From assembly GCA_951406725.2 (NCBI GenBank), contig OX597817.1:140802001-140866000 (forward strand): a DNA stretch of 64,000 nt. Reading direction: 5' to 3'. Numbering within the stretch: the first letter of the stretch is position 1; each line of letters begins with the position of its first letter. A model generated the notes under the pieces. That model did no database searches and had not been told where the DNA came from. It was given only the letters and a program-made list of their open reading frames with translations. Position numbers and translations under genes: made by a program. This DNA comes from Octopus vulgaris. Its lineage: Eukaryota. Positions 27,712 through 41,029 of the stretch are shown here, piece after piece.

Positions 27712-28222
27712 AGGTGGGGGAGGGGGAGAAGGAGGTGGTGGTGGTGGTGGAGGAGGGGGGAGGAGGAGAAGGAGAAGGAGGAGGTGGTGGAGGAGGAGGA
27801 GAAGGAGAAGGAGGTGGAGGAGGAGGAGGAGGAGGAGAAGGAGGAGGAGAAGGAGAAGGAGGAGGAGAAGGAGAAGGAGGAGGAGAAGGAGAATGAGGAG
27901 GAGAAGGAGAATGAGGAGGAGAAGGAGAATGAGGAGGAGAAGGAGAAGGAGGAGGTGGTGGAGGAGGAGGAGAAGGAGAAGGAGGAGGAGGTGGAGGAGG
28001 AGGAGGAGGAGAAGGAGAATGAGGAGGTGGTGGAGGATGAGGTGGTGGAGGAGGAGGAGGAGGGGATAAGGAGGTGGAGGAGGAGGAGAAGGAGGAAGAG
28101 GGGAGAAGGAGGTGGAGGAGAAGGAGGTGGAGGAGGAGGGGAGAAGGAGGTGGAGGAGAAGGAGGTGGTGGAGGAGGAGGAGGAGGAGGAGGAGGAGGAG
28201 GAGGAGGAGGAGGAGGAGGAGA
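27712..28222. repeat. (GGA/GAG)n compound purine-rich microsatellite
   Basis: Direct reading; the poly-E/G/R/P ORFs here are repeat artefacts. Confidence 0.97.
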
Positions 28223-29574
28223 TGAGGGTTTCGTTTGCTGGAGTAGTGTCATACAACTATTTATGTAACAAAACAGTAAGCGGAAGATTTTTTAAAAAGC
28301 AAAGAAAAACTGAAGAAATTATTTTCAAGGGTAGGAATCATGGACAGAAATTGAAAGAGATTTTTTTTAACTAAGATCATACCAGAATGGACCAATGCGG
28401 TGTTTTATAATATAAAAAGATGTATTATTATACGTTGATAGAATAGATACCCAGCGAGCAAAATATAGAACCCTGTTCTGTGACAACCACAATTGAGTAA
28501 TATCTGATTCAATAACAAAGAAATGTCTGTTACAGTCAGAAAGAAATTGTACTGTCACAAAAACAGTAAAGATATGTTCTGTTACAACAGCAACAGAATC
28601 GCCTCAACTGTCACAACAACAGACTAAATGAGAACCTTCAACATATGCTATTGTTGAACCCAGTTACCATTTCACCAGCAAATATGCAAATGCATGTGAG
28701 TACCCATTCTTATAATTCTTTCTACAATAGACAGAAGCCTGATGTTTTGTGGGGTGGGGGTCCAGTCGACCACATCGACCCCGGTGCTCAACTGCTGCTT
28801 ATTTTATCGAATACGAAAAGAAGAAAACAAAGTCGACCTCGGTGAGATTGGAATTCAGAATGTAAAATACCAGAAGAATGGCTGCTAAGCATTTTGTGCT
28901 ACGCGCTAACGATTCTGCCAGCTCACCACCTCCATAATAACATAATAATCGATAAACAAAAAGTTTAGAGAAATACCTGAAGTTGAAAAACAGAAAGGTG
29001 GGACATGCCACTACAGGTGTGGTTACTTCTTCACACGATATAACTAATCAACGTTAACACTACATAGAATCATGCTAATTAAAAACAAAAATTATCATAT
29101 TTTCATTTTCTGGCTCACATCCTATATTTTAATTTAATTAGAATTTAGGTGTTATTGAAAGGTGTTACGGAAGCTCGACTCTCTTTCACCTAATTTTCCA
29201 AATGAAACCAAGATGAAATTTAAATCAACATTCTGCATATTCAGTAACCATATCTGATGTGTTGACTCACCAACAGAAAGTATACAAAGTACGCTGGTAC
29301 AAAGTAATTATAACGAAATACATTTGTTTGTGCATGTGTGATTGCATTAAATATAAAAGCGAAATGTATTTATATGAATAAATATATGTTGCATACAGAC
29401 AACATATTGTGGGGTGCAGGTATGACTATGTGGTAAAAAGCCTGCTTCTAAACCACATTGTTCCGAGCTCAGTCCCATTGCGTGGTACCTTGGGCAAGTG
29501 TCTTCTATTACAGCCTCGGGTCAACTAAAGCCTTGTGAGTTGATTTGGTAGACAGAAACTGAAAGAAGACCGTT

Positions 29575-29575
29575 G

Positions 29576-29658
<83 letters not shown>

Positions 29659-30080
29659 TATATATATATCTGTGTGTGTGATATATATGTTATATTTTGT
29701 ATGTATACATATATATATATGTTGTGTGTGTATGTTTTTTTTTTTTGTTATATATGTATATATATATATGCATACGTATGTGTATGTACATGTATATATG
29801 TATGTGTGTATATGTATATATTTTATATATAATATGTATGATATAAGTATATGCATGTGTATGTATGGTATGTGTATCAGTATATGTATATATGTATGTG
29901 TGTGTGTATTATATGTATGTATATGTGTATATATGTGTATATGTGTATATATGTATATATGTATATATATGTATATATGTGTTGTGTGTATGTGTGTATG
30001 TTTTTTTTTTTTTTTTTTTTTGTGTTGTATATATATATATATATGTGCGTGTGTGTATGTATCATATATGTATATGCATG

Positions 30081-30111
<31 letters not shown>

Positions 30112-31211
30112 GTGTGTGCATGTATGTACATGTATGTGTATGTGCGTGTATGCTATACGTGTATGTATATGTGTGTGCTAGTTGTATATATGTGAGTGTG
30201 TATATATGTATATATATATATATATATACATATATATAGATGGGTGTGTGTATCGTATAAATGCATGTAATATGGATGTATGGATGTATGTATGTATGTA
30301 TACGTATGTATGTGTATGTGTTATGTATATATATATGTGTGTATATGTTTGTGTATGTATATATATGTGTATGTATGTGTGTATATGTATGTGTGTTGTG
30401 TATGTATGGTTTTTTTTTTTTTTTTATATATATATATATATAGGTATTTCTGTATGTAGGAGTATATATGTGTGTGTGTATGTATATGTGGTATATATAT
30501 ATATATGTATATTTATTGGTGTATATGTATGACTATAAAGTGTAGACACATCTGTAGTAAGTACTATGTGTATATACGTGAACGTATGTAGATGTTTGTA
30601 TGTATGAATATAACGCGTACGTGTTGTGTGTGTACGAATGGGGATGTACGTGTATAGTGTGCGTGCGAAGTATTGCCTTCTGTAGACAGAAAATGACATG
30701 CAGCTTCAGTTTGCTCTAGCGATCAAAGATAACAAAGTATAAATGAAGATAATAAAATTGAATGCCTGTATTGATTGTATATATATATATGTATATGTAT
30801 ATGTTATTTGTATGTATGTTGTGTGTATGTGTAGGTATGTATAGTACACATGTGTATGTGTATGTATGTATATATGTGTGTATGTATGTATGTGCACACA
30901 TGTATATATATATGCGTGTATATGTTTATATATATATATGTGTACATAGGTGTATGGTATGTATATATAGGTGTAAATATGTGATATAGTAGGTGTTTGT
31001 GTGTGCATGAGTGTATGTGCGTACGAATATATATTTTTATTGTATATGTATGTGTGGTCTGGGATATATATATATATATATATATACATGTGTGTATGGT
31101 CATCATGGGGTGATGTATGCATATATACGTGTGTTTGTGTGACAGGTATAGGCATGTGCATGTATAAATTTGTATATGTGGTGTATGTATGTGTGTATTA
31201 GATATGTATGT

Positions 31212-31261
<50 letters not shown>

Positions 31262-31320
31262 ATATATGTGTTATATATGTGTATGTATGTATGTGTAGTA
31301 GTATACGTGTGTGTATGGTA
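29575..31320. repeat. ~1.7-kb degenerate (TA/TG)n low-complexity tract
   Basis: Direct reading; it begins inside a SINE A copy (29412-29580). Confidence 0.95.
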
Positions 31321-31585
31321 TAGTGAAATCTCCTATTTACCTATAACTCTATCCCCCTTTATATATATATTTTTTTTATTTTTTTTTTTTATTTTTATTT
31401 TTTTTATCTATTCTTTCATCTAACTTACTGACTCTTGACCCTCCCCAAGTATGATATTTTGCTTCTCCCCAAAAAGTCCCCACCACCTTTTAAACCTGCT
31501 AAATGTATAAATGCTATCAATTTGTTAAATAGCTTCCTGAAGATTTCTCTTGAATGCATACTATCCTGTAGAAGCCTTCTATATA

Positions 31586-31678
<93 letters not shown>

Positions 31679-31768
31679 AGAGTTTACGAAAAAAACAACA
31701 AAAGACGAAGACATGTGGTGTACAAAACAAACAGATGTATTAGTATAAAGCTCAGGAATAGAAAAAGT

Positions 31769-31804
31769 CTTTTACGTTTCGAGCCTACGCTCTTCTACAG
31801 AAAG
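31769..31804 (-). ncRNA. Minimal hammerhead-like motif in a ~180-bp TA-flanked element (31676-31852)
   Basis: cuuu CUGUAGA A GAGC-guag-GCUC GAAAC GUA aaag; sister copy at 47176-47213 on the plus strand. Confidence 0.65.
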
Positions 31805-31852
31805 GGACACAGAAAAAAAAAACAAGGAGAAAAAAATGTGTAGTGGCTAACG

Positions 31853-31917
<65 letters not shown>

Positions 31918-32131
31918 GGATATGAGAGGTATTGGTATCACGAAAACCCAAAAGGTGTCGGCTAATGCTAAGTACGAGCTATGGATAGACCATGGTTAGT
32001 TCCAGGTTCGATAATGATACGAATGAGGAGTCCCACGTAGGTCATGTATTAGCATGCGTATATAAATTGACAGAATGAGATTTAAAAAATTCAAGGCTGT
32101 AAATAGTTTTCCGAACATTTATAAAGAAATG

Positions 32132-32179
32132 GTCTTACAGCTGTTTCCGGGATATTTTATATATCCCTTCATCAGAAAC
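32132..32179 (-). ncRNA. Minimal type I hammerhead ribozyme
   Basis: guuu CUGAUGA aGGGAUAU-auaaa-AUAUCCCg GAAAC-AGCU-GUA agac; palindromic stem III. Confidence 0.75.
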
Positions 32180-32290
32180 GGTGCAAGAAAATATTTGAGA
32201 ATTAATTTTGGCGCGTTGATGCCGGAAATAACTCTGTAGATAATAAATTACCGCAGTTAATTTACCGGTTAGATAACATTGCTATTTTAA

Positions 32291-32507
32291 CCCTTTGGTG
32301 TTTAAACCGGCCACATCTGGCCCAGATATTCTACTTGTTTTATATTTGAACTAGCCATATCTAACCTCTCACACCTAACCTACATTGACATTCTAAAAAT
32401 AAGCAATCACATTGAAACCTCAAAGCTGTAAGATAATGCATGAGTACTGCAAAACAATTTGAGTGAAAAAGTATTACATTTAACAGAGTAATCTGAACAC
32501 TAAAGGG
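32291..32507. mobile_element. piggyBac-type MITE
   Basis: TTAA|CCCTTTGGTGTTTA ... TGAACACTAAAGGG|TTAA. Confidence 0.8.
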
Positions 32508-32514
32508 TTAAATT

Positions 32515-33160
32515 AAATGATGAGGGTAGATATTGATATCAATCAATTAACATCAATTTAAATCAGTGGTCTAGCATATTAAAAAAAATCCGAAGATTTA
32601 GAAATTATATTACAATTAATAAGAGGCATGACCACTAAAATGGATTCCTAATATGCTAACGATAGACGTTGAATCGCCTAACCAAGAAGGGCCTCAGCGC
32701 GCCAAGATGAAGACATTTGAAAGATACCCCCAAATATATTTTGCAGAAATGCACACGAGTTTTCTTTCGGGTGAACGTTTCTGTGAATAGTTTTTGTGAA
32801 ATATGTTTTGAAATGCAACAGACTACGCTGAGGAGTTACAGATATTTTCATTTTTGCATTTTGCATTATGCAAGTGTTAATAACGAAATCATGATACGTA
32901 GGTAATCGTTTTATTTTGTATATTTTCATTTGTCTTGCTTATTTTTACATTCTGGCGTTTTTGCTGAGATTTTTCTTGAGAACATACTCTTCGTTGTTAA
33001 GCGATATTTGTCGTCTATCTTTAGCATATTAGGAATCCACTTTAGTGATCATTCCTCTTATTAATTGTAATATAATTTCTAAATCTTCGAATTTTTTAAT
33101 ATGCTAGACCAGTGGTTTAAATCGATGTTAATTGATTGATAATTTCTACCTTCATTATTT
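32515..33160. repeat. Inverted repeat with ~150-bp arms (32515-32668 / 33012-33160); related fragments at ~5290-5440 and ~13130-13255
   Basis: Arms are reverse complements with a few mismatches. Confidence 0.85.
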
Positions 33161-33161
33161 A

Positions 33162-33229
<68 letters not shown>

Positions 33230-33242
33230 ATGTATATATATG

Positions 33243-33323
<81 letters not shown>

Positions 33324-33641
33324 AGGAACAAAGAAGTGGACCGAACCGACGAATCGGAACGAACCTGATGCGGGGCGCTGTCAGACAAGGTGATAAATAA
33401 AAATATATATGCATACATACAAACATATATGTACGTACCTACATCTACATGTATATATACATGCATATATAAATAATTATACGTGAGTACAGGACATCAC
33501 AATAAGACGTAGAAACGGAAAAAACCAAAAAGCAAAAAACAAGGTGGTGCCCCAGCATGACTGCAGTTAAATGACTGAGACGTAAAAAATACAAAAAAAA
33601 TGATATGCATATACATATAAATGTGTGTGAGAGGTGTGTGT

Positions 33642-33681
<40 letters not shown>

Positions 33682-33929
33682 TGTGAGATTACATGTCGAT
33701 CGTTGGCGATTTTTTTCCTCCGGCTTCCTTTTCTCTTGGACTTTCCTCTGAGTCCTGTTTCAGAAAGAAGAGCTTTGCTCGAAACGTACAACACCCTTTC
33801 TTTCGATATGGGTCGGTACTTTTGTCGAATACAGTTAAATGTGAAAAAGTGAAATCAAAGAAGAGAGTAACTCACTGAACTAAGTGACATAGTTTCTTGT
33901 GTGTTGTTGTGTGGATTTGGTCTGAGGCT

Positions 33930-34325
33930 CAATTTTCCAGCTTTTTACAACAGGGAGCAACATTTTCCAGAACTTTCGAACAACTGTTTAGCGGGAAATT
34001 CGCGCAATTCATTTGAAGTTCGCTGCATCAACCATAATGAGTCAGTTAGTCAGTGCTGATTGGCCGAGTCATATTTACGTTTACCTTAATTCCCGATATG
34101 GCGACACTTCTCAAAACTTAGTAGGAGCCTCGCTACACTTCTGTATCTATTCATGATTGATGGTTGGCCAATTCTTGGACATCAGAATTATTTGCGGTAG
34201 AAATGGAACTAATGGAATTACAAGTTGACCTGGATCACATGATGATCTGTAAATCCATGTCTACCATTCAGTTTTGGAAACAAATTCCACAAATAAAGTA
34301 TCCTGAACTAAAGAAAACTAGCGAT
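33930..34325 (+). pseudogene. hAT (Buster/SPIN, GTF2IRD2-like) transposase remnant
   Basis: ...EMELMELQVDLD...IQFWKQIPQIKYPELKK. Confidence 0.55.
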
Positions 34326-35714
34326 CGATAAAACGTTGCATATACTAACAACGTCTTCCACTGTCGAACATATCGATATCCTATCATGCCAACATCACGA
34401 TATACCGAAGTAGTACCAATATCCTTGAAACTATTTCCGTCTGATCGATATCAAGCCATATAGCTACGATGTTAAGACATGAATGAGTTGTCAGTATGAA
34501 GACTGAGTTACCGAGTTACCGTTCAGCATTTTCCTAGTGGTATTAATTCAGGATGTTTGACAGAGGAGTCGAGTCTGTTAGTGAATATGTAACATTGAAA
34601 CTAATGTTTAATATCAAATAATGAGTAGAGTTAATATGAATATATCACCAATGAGACAAATACATCTCATTCTTTAGCTTATTGATTTCACAAAGTCGAC
34701 TCGTAAACAAATGAAGAATTAGGATATTTCTTCACGAAGAAATCGACCCATATATTTCTTTATCCTGCTGCGAGGAGCTGAGAAATGGTGTTAAATGGAC
34801 AACCAATGCCATTACACGCCAAATACTAGCAATAAAAACGCCTATTAAATACAATTTCCGATGCAATTCTAATTTCCCATAATGCCTCTCACTCTCTCTC
34901 TCTCTCTTCTTCCGTCACCTTCTTTCTATTCCTCGTTCTCGCCTTCTCTCCCTCTCCTGTACCTCACTCTCCCAGACTGTGGTTGTAACGCCTTCCATTG
35001 CTCCGAGGTTAGTGAAGATTAGTGGTGACTGCCCGCACTGATCATCCATACATTAGGTTACGCTATTTACATTCAACTCTACGCTGCTCACAACCGATCA
35101 TCCATTCATTTTATTAACACTATTTACATTTAACACTTCGCTCTTACTAATAGCTGCCAACTAGAATTATAAATACAGCAAGCTCTCTCTCTCTCCCCTT
35201 ATATATCCCACAGTATGCTCGTTTTACTTGTACAGAAAAAAATAACTTCACACAGTGGCGCCTTGTGATGTTTAGTTGTCTAATTTGACGCCGCCACTAA
35301 TATAATTTTAGCATTTCGTTTCTTCTTCGGAATGTAATCATTTGCAATGTGGAACGCAGATATTTTTCACTTTACTAACATAAAAAGGTTTCTGAAGATG
35401 AGGGAAGTGTCGATCGGTTGTTTCAGGAGTTTGTGTTTTTATCTTTATTTTTTTTTTTTTTTTCAGTTAATGTCTTACTTCAATATTTGCCAACTGCATC
35501 AGTTTCTGTTTTTTAGGCCTGCAAGTGGTTGCGGATTCAATATTAGTGTTTAATTTGGTTGCTTAAAGTATTTATCTTCAGCTTCTGTCGCTAGTAATTC
35601 CATAGTTACCCAGATATGCATCTCTTATAACTTGTTCTAAATAGGTGACCATCCAAATTTAAATACATTTATAATTATAAAATCCAGGATAGACTCTTCT
35701 GTGAGGTTTAATAT

Positions 35715-35746
<32 letters not shown>

Positions 35747-35865
35747 ACGGAGATGTACTTGCATAGCGAGTGACTTGATCTGAGATCGTGTGCTGGAACG
35801 AAAACAATTGCATCGTGGAAGGTGTTCATAAAAACCGTGAGATACACTTCAACATTTAAATTTAA

Positions 35866-35916
35866 TTTGTCAAAATATTTTCGTCGCTTTGAGACCGCGA
35901 CCTGTTCACTGACAAA
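35866..35916 (-). ncRNA. Hammerhead fold with a G3-C8 swapped core pair
   Basis: UUUGUCA GUGAACA G GUCGC-ggucucaaa-GCGAC GAAAA-ua-UUU UGACAAA, in a TA-flanked element (~35746-36030) with an internal inversion. Confidence 0.65.
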
Positions 35917-36028
35917 ACTTCGTGCCGCATCTCGTGGTGCATTTAAATTAAATTTAAATCTTGAAGTGAATCTAACGGTTTTTGTGTGTTTCTTAAATTG
36001 CTTATACACACATTCCACGCTGCAATTG

Positions 36029-36104
<76 letters not shown>

Positions 36105-36209
36105 AAGTAGATAAATGAATTATCTTATTACGGATAATTCAAATGATGACCGATACCTGGGTTTGTCGAAAAGCTCGCTGTGCATTTTGTTGGAGAATTA
36201 AGTTCCTGG

Positions 36210-36295
36210 ATTTTCCTGAAGAGAAGGCTGCAAAATGGACTCCTTATTCAATCCGAATTAGGGACTTTGCAGCCTTTGAAACATATGTAGAAAAT
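36210..36295 (+). ncRNA. Type I hammerhead ribozyme, canonical core
   Basis: auuuuc CUGAAGA GAAGGCUGCAAA...UUUGCAGCCUUU GAAAC-AUAU-GUA gaaaau, in a ~245-bp TA-flanked element (36101-36347). Confidence 0.85.
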
Positions 36296-36343
36296 AATAA
36301 AAAGGAATTTTGTTAAATCTTCGTTCAGCTCCATTTCTACCTA

Positions 36344-36385
<42 letters not shown>

Positions 36386-36876
36386 TGAGTGAAGGAGATG
36401 AAGACTATTTTAAGGCCAAGCCATGTAGGAGATATCCAACGGATTCATGACTGATGATAAAAACTTCAGTTTTAACGTTAGTTTCCCTTCTTCTTCGATT
36501 GTGCACTTAAAATTTGTTTCTTTAAACGTCCAAATTTGTCATCTTGGGTTAAACAGAGGTGGATCTAGATAAGTCCATTTAATTCAATTCTAATTTCTGT
36601 GACCTAGTTTACTTTTAACACAGATATATATTTGCGATGCCCGATGCCTGTAAAAAAAAAACAGACGGTTCCTTTCTGTAACCTTCCGTCATTCCAGAAT
36701 AAAATCTTCACCACTGAAAATGGCTTCTTTAGTTTCAAATGTTTTATTATCTACTCTAATGACTTTCTCGAAATACCAAAGGATATTTACAATGCCCAGG
36801 TAAACGTATAACGTGTGTGTGTGTGTGTAAATATGTTTATATATGTGTATGTATACATATACATGTACATATGTAT

Positions 36877-36981
36877 AGGCGCAGGCTTGGCTGTGTGGTA
36901 AGACGCTTGCTTCCCAACCACATTGTTCTGGGTTCAGTCTCACTGGTTGGCACCTTGGGCAAGAGTATTCTACAGTAACCC

Positions 36982-37019
<38 letters not shown>

Positions 37020-37215
37020 GTGAATATATCTATGTGTTTGTCCCCTCCCATCACCAATTGACACCCGGTGTTGATGTGCTGGGTTCGACAAAAGAGACCG
37101 ATAGAATAAGTACCAGGTTTTAAAAGTCTTGGGGTTTATTTGTTCGACTAAAACCCTCCAAGGTGGTACTCCAGCATGGCCGCAGTCAAATGACTGAAAC
37201 AAATAAAAGAGTAAG
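36877..37215 (+). mobile_element. SINE family A copy
   Basis: Head, CORE-like region and tail present; internal (AGAT)n. Confidence 0.8.
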
Positions 37216-37374
37216 AGAATATGTGGATTAACTATGTAACCAATGGTTTCATGTAAAGTGGAATCTCTTAACAATTATCAAATGGCAGGCGTGATAATTG
37301 GAACCATTAGTAATCTTGTTAAACAGAATATATACTTATACACCAATGCGAGTGAGAGTGGTTTCTAAGAAACC

Positions 37375-38592
37375 GTGGAATGAAGTGTTGGAACTCAACA
37401 AAAAATGAGGCGGAGGATTTTATCACCTACGCCGGAGTAGTCAACCGTATGTGCGAAAATTTCAAACTCCAGGATCTCACTCAGGATATGTTCAAATCAC
37501 GTATTTTCGTGCAAGGATTTACAGCACCAGAAGATATAGAAATTTGGGCAAGAATTCTCTCGAAAATGGAACAAGCGAACCAGGATTTATCTCTATAGAC
37601 CATCGCAGAAGACTGTCAAACTATGATAAATCTTAAACATAATGTGAAAAAAATACAAGATAAAGACTGCAAAAATTTAAATGTGTCGTCCCGAGAAGCA
37701 CAATAAAAGTGTCAGGCTCCAGTCTGTTTTATGTTTGTAGAGGCCTACACTATAAAAAGGAACGTCCGTTCTCATTGTAGAACAAGACTACGAGGCTCAA
37801 ACACGAAAATTTCAAAGGTGTTTTCAATGGAGAGTGATTGTGATGGGAAAACATGAAAATTCGTGCACGTAAAAATAAATGATGCAAATACGAAATCACA
37901 GTTAAACACAGGTAGTGACATCTTGTTTATAAATGCGGATACTTGGAAAAATAATTGGTAAAATAGCGAAAATAGCACGTGGTGTAACGGGCGATAAATT
38001 TTATTTCATGGACAAAATATGTATCGACGTCACATTTCGAGGAGAAACACGCGAAGCAAAATTATTCGTTGTGGATAATATAGTCAATTTGTTTGGCACA
38101 GATTGGTTAGGACTATTCAATTTATGATACATCCCCATAAATCTTTACTGCAATAACATAAATGGTTGTCTCGTAAAAAACAAGTCTTCGGAAGATATGA
38201 AGAAAACATTTTTTTTAAATGTTCCCGCAAGTGTTATCAGACGATTTTAGTATTTAGAATGTAGAAAGACGGAAGCCTATTTCCAAGAAAGTGAAAACGC
38301 TGTACCTGTATTTAAAGCAAACAGAAAAATACCGTTCGAGGCATTTGAAACCGTAAATGAAGAGTTGGACAGACTCGAAAAGAGTGGAGTCATCCAAAAA
38401 ATGGATTACTCGAAGTGGGCGGCACCCACGATATGTATTTAAAAATAATAATAAGAGTAGACTGTGTGCCGATTTCTCTACAGGATTGGACGACTTCATA
38501 AAAGCATACCACAACCCACTCCCGACTGCAGAGGACATTTTTTCAAAGTTAAATGGTGGAATTTTTTTTTTCTAAACTAGATCTGTCTGAAA
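37375..38592 (+). pseudogene. Ty3/Gypsy (K02A2.6/Mag-like) gag-protease-RT remnant
   Basis: EDFITYAGVVNRMCENFKL...; protease-like QLNTGSDI and LFGTDWL; EELDRLEKSGVI...WAAP; RLCADFSTGL...PLPTAEDIFSKLNGG..FSKLDLS. Confidence 0.85.
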
Positions 38593-38753
38593 CCCGTATA
38601 TAATACCCAATTGCGAGATTGCCATGCAATAACTAACACTTGGATATGAATAATTGGGTACACTATTACCAACAGTATATTGGATAGGTACTATCTCTCA
38701 GTTGGTTTCGCAACCTCTAACTCATACAGAAATATATATATTTATATATATGC

Positions 38754-38854
<101 letters not shown>

Positions 38855-39028
38855 GGATTGAGGTGTAGGAAGAAAGTTAGCTCCAAGCAAGCCGTAGCAA
38901 ATATTAGTGGTTTATTGAAATGGAAGGTTGTAGATTTTTTTTTTCATCGAAGTACGATAAATTGAAAAAAATTCTTTTTATATTTCCCACTAGGCAACCA
39001 GGGTTGTGGGGTATGCGAATAAGAATAC

Positions 39029-39346
39029 AAGAGTTGTGAAATGGAGTAGATAAGATGCGGACTACATGTGTTTCAGAGCGAGTGGAACCTCAGAAGTGGT
39101 AAATATCCAAGCGAGGTGTATACTGCAGGCTACTCTTTAGGCCGAGGGTATCTTGATTAAATGAAAGTTTACAGTGTCACAGGGAGGTACATGCTAACAC
39201 ATGGAAGATTCAATCAAAATCAAGATATCCTTGGCTTAAGATTGACCTGCAGTATACACTTCGCTTGGATATTTACCACTGGCGGGGTACCGCTCCGTAT
39301 GAAACATATATAGCCCAGTTCTTTTGTACTCCATTCCTTAACTCTT
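39029..39346. repeat. Diverged inverted pair of a hammerhead-bearing element
   Basis: Arms at ~39029-39163 and ~39210-39346. The left arm (minus, 39060-39143) reads ggc CUAAAGA GUAGC...GCUCU GAAAC-ACAU-GUA guc. Same family as 42950-43440. Confidence 0.7.
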
Positions 39347-39590
39347 TATATATATATATATATATATATATATTATGTGAAATAGAAAGATGAATAATCT
39401 TGTAGTAGATTAATCAAAAGTTTAACCGATACCTTAGTAGCAAAAATCACAGCAGTAAAACAGCACGGCTGGAGGTACAACCATATGGTGTTGCAACCGT
39501 GCGTTGGTGCGGATAATTGAAATTAGAACATTATTGGTGAATTGAAGAAATGGAGCTGAACGCAGATTGAACAGAAATCGTTTTATTTCA

Positions 39591-39646
39591 TTCTACACGT
39601 GTTTCGATGGAATAATGGGACCATATTGTGTCTTTCTCTTCAGGAA
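39591..39646 (-). ncRNA. Type I hammerhead ribozyme, related to 36210-36295
   Basis: uuc CUGAAGA GA...UC GAAAC-ACGU-GUA gaa; the downstream flank (gttcagctccatttc) is shared with the 36.1-kb element. Confidence 0.7.
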
Positions 39647-39750
39647 GAAAATAGGAAATCCGTTGGAAAAACAAAAACAGAACAGAGGCGGAGCAAAAAC
39701 AAATCGAACTATGCTCCTAAGAGCCCATGGCGAAACCATGTTTTTGCTCC

Positions 39751-39847
<97 letters not shown>

Positions 39848-40020
39848 ATATATGTGTGTGTGTGTATGTATATATGTGTGTGTGTGTGTATGTATATATG
39901 TGTGTGTGTGTGTATGTATATATGTGTGTGTGTGTGTATGTATATATATATGTGTGTGTGTGTGTGTATGTATATATGTGTGTGTGTGTGTATGTATATA
40001 TATGTGTGTGTGTGTGTATG

Positions 40021-40068
<48 letters not shown>

Positions 40069-40088
40069 TGTGTGTGTGTGTGTGTATG

Positions 40089-40127
<39 letters not shown>

Positions 40128-40217
40128 GTGTGTGTGTGTGTATGTATATATATATATATGTGTGTGTGTGTGTATGTATATATATATATATGTGTGTGTG
40201 TATGTATATATATATAT
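39751..40217. repeat. Compound (TG)n/(TA)n microsatellite
   Basis: Direct reading. Confidence 0.97.
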
Positions 40218-40321
40218 AAACAATTGCAGCGTGGAAGGTGTTTATAAGCCATTTAAGAAACACACCAAAACCGTTAGATTCACTTCAACATTTAAATTTT
40301 ATTTGTCTAAATATTTTCGTG

Positions 40322-40371
<50 letters not shown>

Positions 40372-41029
40372 TGGTTGGTGGGTTTCTCCAGCCACACTTT
40401 ACATTTTATTGAGAGGTAAGAAGAGAAGGTAAAAGAAAGATTTAGCATAAGAGGTGGAGAAAGAGTGTCTTATAACTTTCTGAAAAATATACATTTTTAA
40501 TAAAATCTTGCAGAGATAGATTTTTGATCGAGTAGATTGCAATTACGTTGGCATAATTTATAAAAATAGTAATATGTTTATTGTAAATGAGAAATCGTTT
40601 CGTTTAATTATATTTTAAGGTAATATAAATATGTTTCTTTTGAAACTTCATATTTATATTTCATCAAGAAAAGAAAAAAAGAATAAAAATATATATGAGA
40701 GTGGGAGAGTTACAAGTTAAGAATTTAAGCAGGGTCATTTCACAGATGGCTTTCAATAGGGCTATTTTAGCCGAGTCGGAGAGAGGAATAGAAAGTGGTG
40801 TTTGAATATGATAGAGTGGAATGAATTGGGGAGGAATTTGTGATCGATAGGAAGAAAGATATATGCTTGAAAAGAAAGTATAATAGCAAAATTGAAAGTC
40901 TAGAGGAGAAGAAGAAGAATGGTGGTTATGACTAAAATCCAAGAATTAAGGAATATGGCCGAAGCGATTTCTCGGTCGTCGGCAGTGGTATCGAGCACGA
41001 GTGCAGCCGGTCGGTCGGCGCACGAAATC

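Noticed and set aside
27603-28374. Long poly-P/E/G/R/S ORFs
   Set aside because: All frames are open only because of the GGA microsatellite; no domain signal
36448-36483. ctgatgat-aaaaac-ttca-gtttt-aacgtt
   Set aside because: Lacks GAAA and has no good stem I
39567-40419. 200+ aa ORFs rich in C/V/Y/I/H/T (also at 29.5-31.4 kb and elsewhere)
   Set aside because: Translations of TG/TA repeats
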